From positions 2,257 to 66,256 of the IMG/VR virus record IMGVR_UViG_3300032265_002113: DNA of 64,000 nucleotides. One strand, written 5' to 3'. The stretch comes from a virus. Under the pieces are notes generated by a model, which saw nothing but the letters and a program-made list of their open reading frames with translations, had not been told where the DNA came from and ran no database searches. How positions within the stretch are numbered: the first letter of the stretch is position 1; each line of letters begins with the position of its first letter. Positions 56,927 through 64,000 of this stretch are shown piece by piece. The position numbers and the translations under genes were made by a program.

Positions 56927-59020
56927 ATGGCTAGCATCATATCAGCAGATTCAGGATTAGTATCAGGAGTACCAGGACTTAAAACAAGTGCTGATTCTTC
57001 TGGTACATTACAGTTACAATCAGGCAATAACGTAACTGCGCTTACGGTGGACGCAAGCCAGAACGTGGGTATTGGTACTACTTCACCTGTTGGCCTATAC
57101 GGTACAAATTTTACTTTATATAGTTCTCAAAATACAGGAACGGTAGCTTCAAACGCTTATGGTGTAATTCAAAGTGTAAATAGGAATGCTGTTATGGAGT
57201 TAGTTGGTACTTCAACAGCAACCAACGCTTTTAACTTTTCATCTACTACTCCTGGAACAGGTGTTGTGGCTGGTGTGATTGGTGATATTGCAAATCAAGC
57301 TATATTTTTTAGAACAGGTGGCCTGACAGAAAGATTGCGTATTGACTCCAGTGGTAGATTACTTATTGGAACATCTTCAGCATCAGGTTCAAATCTTTTA
57401 CAAGTCAATTCCGATGCCTTAATTTACGGACTCACCGTAGGTCGAGGCGCTGGTGCTGTGTACAACAACACGGTAGTTGGTTCATCCGCATTGGCATCAG
57501 GTTCACAAGCTGGCGGGAGCATTGTTGCAGTTGGATACAACACACTACAAAATAATACCACCGCAAGTTACAACACAGGTGTTGGGTATTACGCATTGAA
57601 TTTAACGACTACTGGAGGCAACAATACAGCTATTGGCGCAAGCGCACTTGCCTCCAACACCACCGCCAGCAACAACACCGCTGTAGGGTATCAGGCTGGG
57701 TATAGTAATACAACAGGAACACAGAATACCGCTGTCGGATACCAAGCTCTTAGAGCTAACACAACGGAAAATGCAAGTACGGCAGTTGGCTACAACGCTC
57801 TTGGTGCTTCTACCGCAAGGAACGATGCGTTTGGCTATTCTGCTTTAGCGGCAACCACAACAGGCGCATATAACGCAGCGTTTGGCTTTGCGGCTTTATA
57901 TGCCAACACCACAGGTGGTAATAATACTGCTGTTGGATACACGGCACTCAACAACAACACCACCGCCTCTAACAACACCGCTGTAGGGTATTCTTCTGGC
58001 TCCTCAATCACAACGGGCGCTAAGAACGTTATCCTCGGCAGCTACACAGGCGCTGCTGCTCCCATCTCTGCTACTGGCAGCAACTTCATCGTGCTGTCGG
58101 ACGGTGATGGCAATGTGCGCCAAGTTATTGACTCTAGTGGTAATGTAGGTATTGGTACTACTTCGCCTGGATATAAATTGGATGTGCAAAGCACGGCGTC
58201 TAGCGGCGCGCCGTTGCTGGCAAACTTTCAATCTGCTGGCGGTGACACACAAGTTTATGTTTATAACGGAACTGTCAAAACTCAGCTAACAGCAGACAAT
58301 ACAAATAGTGCGTCAATTGTCGGTTCGTTTAGCGCACATCCGCTTATTATCCGAACATCCAATACAGAACGGATGCGTATTGACACCAGCAGCAACGTGG
58401 GGATTGGTACTAGTTCGCCGAGTACATTTGTAAATAGCCAAGGCGTTACGCTAGTTGTTGGGGGGAATGGATCTAATTTTGCAACTATCCAAGGCCGTAC
58501 TGATGGCCCAACCGGTGCAACTAACGGCGTTGCTTACGGCGGGTCTTACTCTACAAACCCAATCAACGGTTCGCGGATGACCCTCAATGCGGAAGGTGGC
58601 TCGGGTCAAAGAGGCTCTGTTTCTTTTTGGACAAAAGCACTAGACGATAACTCAACTCAGCCACTTGAACGAATGCGTATTGACCAAAGCGGCAACTTGC
58701 TGTTTAACTCAGGCTACGGCTCTGTTGCCAAAGCGTATGGTTGCCGCGCTTGGTGTCAATACAATGGCTCACAGGCAATTGTTGGATCTGCAAATATAAC
58801 CAGCATTACTGTTAATGCTACAGGAGATTCAACGCTTAATTTCACAACGGCTATGCCTGATGCAAATTATTCTGCTGTAGCATCGACAAATGAAGACTCG
58901 GGTACTGCTAAATTTTGTAATATAACGCAACCATCAACCACTACTATTCGTGTTGTTACTTTTAACACTGCTGGAACAAAAATCAACAATACTTACAATT
59001 TTGTTGCTATATTTAGATAA
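56927..59020 (+). CDS. fibre tip protein with NTAVG beta-roll repeats
   Basis: NT-VGY-AL repeats (YadA-head-like); C-terminal CRAW...NF-TAMPDANY domain. Confidence 0.8.
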   Translation: MASIISADSGLVSGVPGLKTSADSSGTLQLQSGNNVTALTVDASQNVGIGTTSPVGLYGTNFTLYSSQNTGTVASNAYGVIQSVNRNAVMELVGTSTATNAFNFSSTTPGTGVVAGVIGDIANQAIFFRTGGLTERLRIDSSGRLLIGTSSASGSNLLQVNSDALIYGLTVGRGAGAVYNNTVVGSSALASGSQAGGSIVAVGYNTLQNNTTASYNTGVGYYALNLTTTGGNNTAIGASALASNTTASNNTAVGYQAGYSNTTGTQNTAVGYQALRANTTENASTAVGYNALGASTARNDAFGYSALAATTTGAYNAAFGFAALYANTTGGNNTAVGYTALNNNTTASNNTAVGYSSGSSITTGAKNVILGSYTGAAAPISATGSNFIVLSDGDGNVRQVIDSSGNVGIGTTSPGYKLDVQSTASSGAPLLANFQSAGGDTQVYVYNGTVKTQLTADNTNSASIVGSFSAHPLIIRTSNTERMRIDTSSNVGIGTSSPSTFVNSQGVTLVVGGNGSNFATIQGRTDGPTGATNGVAYGGSYSTNPINGSRMTLNAEGGSGQRGSVSFWTKALDDNSTQPLERMRIDQSGNLLFNSGYGSVAKAYGCRAWCQYNGSQAIVGSANITSITVNATGDSTLNFTTAMPDANYSAVASTNEDSGTAKFCNITQPSTTTIRVVTFNTAGTKINNTYNFVAIFR

Positions 59021-59029
59021 GGAATGTAA

Positions 59030-59290
59030 ATGTCACAGTTAATTATTTTTCAGTCTGAAGCAGGCAACGCCATATTGGTAATTCCTGCGCTTAATTGCGG
59101 TATTCCAATTGAAGAAATTGCCCGTAAAGATGTGCCAGCGGGCTTGCCCTATCATATTGTAGACGCAGCGCAAATCCCAACAGACCGCACTTTTTACGAA
59201 GCATGGGAGGCTGATTTCACCAACCCTACAGGACATGGCATTGGTGCATCAGCGTGGTTTGCAGAGCAAGCAGCTAAGGAGCAAGCATGA
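59030..59290 (+). CDS. fibre-associated chaperone-like protein
   Basis: IARKDVP-G-PY-IV..P-DR-F--AW motif. Confidence 0.7.
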   Translation: MSQLIIFQSEAGNAILVIPALNCGIPIEEIARKDVPAGLPYHIVDAAQIPTDRTFYEAWEADFTNPTGHGIGASAWFAEQAAKEQA

Positions 59291-59508
59291 TTACCGTCAA
59301 TATGGACAAGGCCAAAGCCATCACCAAGGCCCGTTTGCGAGTAGAACGTGAGCCATTGTTTGCGGCACAAGATGTGGCATTTCAACGGGCTTTAGAATCT
59401 GGTGCAGATACTTCCGCAATCGTAGCTGAAAAACAAAGATTAAGAGACATTACTAAATTGGCAGATGAAGCTACATCTCTAGAAGAATTGAAAGCCATAA
59501 AACCATGA
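59287..59508 (+). CDS. fibre-associated chaperone-like protein
   Basis: KAK-I----LR--R-P....D..F-RALE...KQ-LRDIT motif; ATGA overlaps. Confidence 0.7.
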   Translation: MITVNMDKAKAITKARLRVEREPLFAAQDVAFQRALESGADTSAIVAEKQRLRDITKLADEATSLEELKAIKP

Positions 59509-61529
59509 CAACAATAATTAATGCAAGTAATAGTGGTAGTGGTGGTTTAGTTCAAACCGCAGACGCCTCTGGAGTTCTTGCTCTACAAACGGCAGGAACT
59601 ACTGCGGTCACTGTAGACACGAGCCAGAACGTGGGTATTGGTACTACTTCTCCAGCAGCTAAATTAGAACTTGGAAGTGGCACATTGTTACTGACCAACA
59701 ATGTTTTTCTTCAACAAAAAGACTCAAGCGGGAACGCTAAAAATGTTGCTGGAGTAAATGCTTCAAATCAATATAGTTTTGGTGGTCTTGATGGCTCAAG
59801 CACTATAAACACAATTCGTGCATTAGTTGCGGGTAATGAAGCGATGCGTATTGACTCCAGCGGCAACGTATTGATTGGGCAAACTGGCGTAACAGGAGAT
59901 GGTGAAAAGGTCTCAATTAGCAATACTACAACATCAGGTAGCGCATACAACACAACGCTGCGTTTGATATCTACAACAACTGGCGCTGGTTCAGAAGCCA
60001 AGATGATGTTTAATCTTGGCGGTGCATCAACAGGCATTTCTTATATTTCTAGCCAACTTGAAGGCGCAGGCTATGGCAATTTGATATTTGCAACTAGGCC
60101 CAATGGTGGCAATCCATCTGAACGGATGCGTATTGATTCCACTGGTAATGTGGGTATTGGTACTACTTCACCTAGCAGTTACGGTCTATTGTCTGTTGTT
60201 TCTTCTACTGCCGGTTCTGCAAAAATATCTATTCAAGATACATCTGGTGGTTCATCTCCAGCACCATTGCTTCAATTTGGTGTAAACAATTCTAATGGAT
60301 TTAACACAGCTGATGCTGCAAGGATATGGACTACTGCGGCAACTTCATCTGTTGCAAATTTGAATTTCTCTGCTTATAATAATGGAGGAACATCATCAGC
60401 TCAAATGATATTAACTGGTGGTAATTTATTAGTTGGCGCAGCTAGTGCATCGGCTTTACCAACAGGTTATGTATCAGTAGCTAATACTTTTGGTTTCAAG
60501 AACCGCATCATCAACGGCGCGCTGGTGATTGACCAGCGCAATGCTGGGGCGAGTGTTAGCGGAACTACTGGGGTGTACACGGTTGACCGCTGGACGGTGC
60601 AAAACAACTCAGGAGCCGCACGGTTTAACGTACAGCAAAATGTGAACTCGGTTACACCGCCAGTGGGCTACAAATACTATCTTGGCGTCACGTCAACCTC
60701 CGCTTATACCGTAGCGGCGACTGACGTAATTGGTATTCAGCAATTTATTGAAGGCTACAACATTGCCGACCTAGGTTGGGGCGCTTCTGGCGCTGCAACA
60801 ATTACGTTTTCTTTTTGGGTTCGCAGTTCGTTAACAGGAACCTTTGGCGGCAGCATAGTTGAAGGCGCTGCTGGTACTGCGTTTTATCCTTTTACATACA
60901 CAATCTCATCAGCAAATACATGGGAACAAAAAACTGTAACGATTGCAGGACCAACTATAGGCACATGGAATTCTACAAACGGTCGTGGACCTCAAGTGTT
61001 ATTTAATTTAGGTACAGGTTCTACTTATATAGGAACTGCTGGTGCATGGACAGCCAATTCTTACTACGCTGCCACAGGTGCAACCAATTTTGTGGCAACA
61101 AACGGCGCCACCTTCTACATCACAGGCGTACAGTTGGAAAAAGGCTCAACAGCAACTAGTTTTGATTACAGACCTTATGGGACTGAGTTGCAATTGTGCC
61201 AAAGGTATTTTATTAGCTACGGTGGAACTACTGGCTACGAACGATTTGGAGTTGGTATGGGTAATGGCGCAACAACTGCTTCTATATGTATAGCTTTGCC
61301 TGTACCTATGAGGGTTGCACCAACTCTTGGTTATTCAGCGGTTGGTGATATTGGTTTATATGATGGAGCAAATGTAATAACAGCAACAGTTTTAGCTTTT
61401 GACCAGCCATCAGAGAAAGTGCTAACTGTTGCAGTTACGGTAGCTAGTGGGGGAACTCAGTATAGACCAATGGCATTAATTGCAACTAATAACACATCGG
61501 CTCGTCTTAGATTTTCAGCGGAGTTATAA
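59505..61529 (+). CDS. fibre tip protein with carbohydrate-binding-like C-terminal domain
   Basis: FKNRIING---IDQR, DRW, GVQLE-G--AT-F--R----EL-LCQRY. Confidence 0.8.
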   Translation: MTTIINASNSGSGGLVQTADASGVLALQTAGTTAVTVDTSQNVGIGTTSPAAKLELGSGTLLLTNNVFLQQKDSSGNAKNVAGVNASNQYSFGGLDGSSTINTIRALVAGNEAMRIDSSGNVLIGQTGVTGDGEKVSISNTTTSGSAYNTTLRLISTTTGAGSEAKMMFNLGGASTGISYISSQLEGAGYGNLIFATRPNGGNPSERMRIDSTGNVGIGTTSPSSYGLLSVVSSTAGSAKISIQDTSGGSSPAPLLQFGVNNSNGFNTADAARIWTTAATSSVANLNFSAYNNGGTSSAQMILTGGNLLVGAASASALPTGYVSVANTFGFKNRIINGALVIDQRNAGASVSGTTGVYTVDRWTVQNNSGAARFNVQQNVNSVTPPVGYKYYLGVTSTSAYTVAATDVIGIQQFIEGYNIADLGWGASGAATITFSFWVRSSLTGTFGGSIVEGAAGTAFYPFTYTISSANTWEQKTVTIAGPTIGTWNSTNGRGPQVLFNLGTGSTYIGTAGAWTANSYYAATGATNFVATNGATFYITGVQLEKGSTATSFDYRPYGTELQLCQRYFISYGGTTGYERFGVGMGNGATTASICIALPVPMRVAPTLGYSAVGDIGLYDGANVITATVLAFDQPSEKVLTVAVTVASGGTQYRPMALIATNNTSARLRFSAEL

Positions 61530-61530
61530 A

Positions 61531-61701
61531 ATGATTCAATACAAATTACAAAAGGGTTCATTTGGTGATGTTGTTGCTGTAACGATTATTGGACAGAATA
61601 TTAGTATTCCACTAGTTGAAGGTAACTCCGACTACCAGCAATACCTTGCATGGCTTGCAGAGGGCAACACACCACAACCCGCGGATGAGGTAACACAATG
61701 A
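61531..61701 (+). CDS. small fibre chaperone-like protein
   Basis: IP---GNSDYQ-YL-W-AEGNTP-PAD motif; ATG at 61531. Confidence 0.7.
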   Translation: MIQYKLQKGSFGDVVAVTIIGQNISIPLVEGNSDYQQYLAWLAEGNTPQPADEVTQ

Positions 61702-63554
61702 CTCTTGTTCTTAACGGTACAGATAATAGTACAACAGCTCCAGCAGTACAAGGTGGAACTGGAGGCACAACTACAGGTCTTTATTATCCAGCTAATAACC
61801 AAGTATCGATTTCTACCAACGGCACACAAGCTTTATTGGTAGATTCAAATCAGAATATAGGTATTGGTACTGCTTCACCCAGTTATAAATTTGACCTTGC
61901 GGGAACTTCAGGTTCTTCTACAACTTTTAGAATTCAAGGCTACGCAGCTGCACCATATCTTGATTCATATTCCGCAGAAGGAACAGCAGCTTCACCTACA
62001 GCAGCAGTAAATGGAAGACAAATTGTATCTTTACGCGGATGGGGTTATGACGGCGCATCGTATATTTTTGCTGGTGGCATGGATTTACAGGCCGAAAGTG
62101 CATTTTCTGTGGGTAATAATCCAACGTATATAAGATTCAGAACTTCTCCTGCTGTTGGTAGTGGAACAGAAAGAATGCGTATTGACTCCAGTGGTAACGT
62201 GGGGATTGGTACTTCTTCGCCAGTATCTCAATTAACTCTAGCAAAAACAAGCGACCTTGTATTTACTCAAAATGGTTATGGTATAACATGGTCTTCAGAT
62301 AACGGTAGTCCTAGAATCTATGGAACAAGCGGTGGAGCATTAAGTTTCAAACATGGTGGCGGCTCTGTTGGCATGCTTATGAATTCAAGTGGCCAAGTAG
62401 GTATTGGAATTACTTCACCTGCAGCATTATTGCATGTTGGAGCATTAAACGGTACTGGTTCTCTTAATGGATATACAAAAGTGGCGATTGAGGCAACGGA
62501 TTACGCCGTACTTACATTGAAAGGTCCATCAGCTAACTTTGAGCAAATTATTTTTACTGATACAACCAGCACATATCTTGGAGGTATCAACTACTTCAAC
62601 TCAACAAATTCCACGCCAAATGCGATGGCGTTCCTTGTAGGTGGTTCAGGATCAGAACGTATGCGTATTGACTCCAGCGGCAACGTGGGGATTGGTACTA
62701 CTTCGCCAAGTTACAGAGTCGATGCTGTTGGCACTGGAACCGCATCAACAGGAATTATCAGAACATCAAGTAATTTTACAAATTCCACAACAAAGTATGG
62801 CTATTACACAGTTGGTCATTACACAAACGCTACTGCGCCTTTTGGTTTTATCCAAGGCGAAAGCAATAGCACAGATAATAACGTCCACATAGGCGGTGGT
62901 GCTGGCGAAGTGACTGCGGCAACAAGGATTGATTTTTATACCGCTGCAAACAATACCACCACTAACGGCACAGAACGGATGCGTATTGGTTCAGATGGAA
63001 CATGGTACTTAAATACAACTGACGCAGATGCGTTTATCGGCAGTTCCACAAGCCAAACCGGATTTACTTTCAGGCCGGGACTTGGGCCACGACTTTCATT
63101 GGTAAATGACTTTTATATCAATAGGTCTAATGGTGACGGAAATATATTTGCATTTAGACGCAATGGTACTGACGTAGGAAGGATTACTGTCTCAAGCGGC
63201 GCTACTGCCTATGTAACATCTTCTGACTACCGTCTCAAACAAGATATTGTTCCAATGACGGGCGCGTTAGCAAAAGTGGCTGCACTCAAACCTGTCACCT
63301 ACAAGTGGAAATCGGATGGCTCTGATGGTGAAGGCTTCGTTGCCCACGAACTGGCAGAGATATGCCCCCACGCAGTGACAGGCGAAAAGGACGCTGTAGA
63401 CGAAGAAGGCAACCCAAAATACCAAGGCATTGACACCAGCTTCTTGGTTGCAACCCTGGCCGCCGCAATTCAAGAACAACAAGGACTAATCCAAGAGCAA
63501 CAAGCCCTCATTGCATCCTTAACTGGTCGCATTTTAGCACTTGAAACTAAATAA
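61698..63554 (+). CDS. fibre tip protein with S74-like intramolecular chaperone
   Basis: ERMRIDSSGNVGIGT repeats; SSDYRLK...GFVAHEL...AAIQEQQ. Confidence 0.85.
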   Translation: MTLVLNGTDNSTTAPAVQGGTGGTTTGLYYPANNQVSISTNGTQALLVDSNQNIGIGTASPSYKFDLAGTSGSSTTFRIQGYAAAPYLDSYSAEGTAASPTAAVNGRQIVSLRGWGYDGASYIFAGGMDLQAESAFSVGNNPTYIRFRTSPAVGSGTERMRIDSSGNVGIGTSSPVSQLTLAKTSDLVFTQNGYGITWSSDNGSPRIYGTSGGALSFKHGGGSVGMLMNSSGQVGIGITSPAALLHVGALNGTGSLNGYTKVAIEATDYAVLTLKGPSANFEQIIFTDTTSTYLGGINYFNSTNSTPNAMAFLVGGSGSERMRIDSSGNVGIGTTSPSYRVDAVGTGTASTGIIRTSSNFTNSTTKYGYYTVGHYTNATAPFGFIQGESNSTDNNVHIGGGAGEVTAATRIDFYTAANNTTTNGTERMRIGSDGTWYLNTTDADAFIGSSTSQTGFTFRPGLGPRLSLVNDFYINRSNGDGNIFAFRRNGTDVGRITVSSGATAYVTSSDYRLKQDIVPMTGALAKVAALKPVTYKWKSDGSDGEGFVAHELAEICPHAVTGEKDAVDEEGNPKYQGIDTSFLVATLAAAIQEQQGLIQEQQALIASLTGRILALETK

Positions 63555-63563
63555 AGATTTACC

Positions 63564-63596
63564 ATGAATATTATAATTTGAAAAATTCAACAAACA
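63564..63596 (+). pseudogene. degenerate copy of the 5' end of the next gene
   Basis: ATTATAATTTGAAAAATTCAACAAAC versus ATTACAACTTGGAAAATTCAACAAAC; Trp TGG changed to TGA. Confidence 0.5.
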
Positions 63597-63614
63597 ATTA
63601 AATAAGGACTTACA

Positions 63615-63911
63615 ATGATTACAACTTGGAAAATTCAACAAACCGACTACTTGGTATCAGATGGTTTTATCACCACCGCGCACTGGACAGCAACAGCTGT
63701 TGATGGTGATTATACTGCTGGTTCTTATGGCACTTGCGGATTCTCTACATCTACTCCAACTATTCCTTATAATCAAGTAACTGAACAAGAAGTTCTTGAT
63801 TGGTGTTGGGAAAACGGCGTTGATAAAGAATCTGTTGAATCTAGCTTACAATCACAAATTGATGCATTAAAAAATCCAGTGAAAGAATCTGGACTTCCTT
63901 GGGGTAATTAA
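63615..63911 (+). CDS. small fibre-associated protein
   Basis: W-I, HW, F....PY--VTE--VL-W, GLPW motif typical after S74-bearing fibres. Confidence 0.75.
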   Translation: MITTWKIQQTDYLVSDGFITTAHWTATAVDGDYTAGSYGTCGFSTSTPTIPYNQVTEQEVLDWCWENGVDKESVESSLQSQIDALKNPVKESGLPWGN

Positions 63912-63962
63912 AAAACTAATGACTATTGTTATGGATAAATAGGACATAATAGGAGTTTTTCA

Positions 63963-64000
63963 ATGCCGACCATTAACAATAGACAAGAATTTATAGATTA
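63963..64000 (+). CDS. gp13: 5' start of neck protein gp13 (partial)
   Basis: AGGAG Shine-Dalgarno, GATAAATA late promoter at 63934, MPTINNRQEFID resembles gp13 N-termini; only 12 codons visible. Confidence 0.55.
   Translation, partial: MPTINNRQEFID

Noticed and set aside
56580-63480. Diversity-generating retroelement (TR/VR pair) from the two similar S74 regions
   Set aside because: Both copies are coding, the differences are synonymous and not adenine-specific, and no reverse transcriptase is in the window.
52001-63554. Invertible shufflon
   Set aside because: All tip genes are complete and on the same strand, the repeats are direct rather than inverted, and no invertase is present.

Overview
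This window is part of a large T4-like (Tevenvirinae-related, non-coliphage) myovirus genome, AT-rich and using the standard genetic code. 1-12.8 kb holds early/middle genes: the end of a CobS-like ATPase, many small hypotheticals, MazG-like, DenV-like, PhoH, a PD-(D/E)XK exonuclease, a SleB-type hydrolase, gp33, gp59, an NT5C nucleotidase and gp32. It also holds a circularly permuted two-piece tmRNA gene. 12.8-19.5 kb is a minus-strand hub/tail block (two paralogous large proteins, gp51, gp26, gp54-like, gp2, gp4). 19.5-42 kb is the baseplate operon (gp48, gp53, hub, a three-part gp5, gp25, gp6, gp7, gp8 and a split DUF4815/VrlC-like protein). 42-64 kb is a large fibre/receptor-binding locus ending at the start of gp13. 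Four observations stand out. (1) The permuted tmRNA has an intervening segment filled by a 57-codon ORF whose stop codon lies beyond the predicted RNase P cut, plus an upstream tRNA-like element. (2) The giant baseplate protein is broken inside a repeat domain by a Gly6-KIICT/hydrophobic-tail module and restarted as a separate gene. (3) The fibre tips form a plug-and-socket array of alternatives joined by nucleotide-conserved junction motifs. (4) One fibre is a ~1,990-aa Asn-core heptad repeat. All family assignments come from recognising motifs and gene order by eye; no database search was run.
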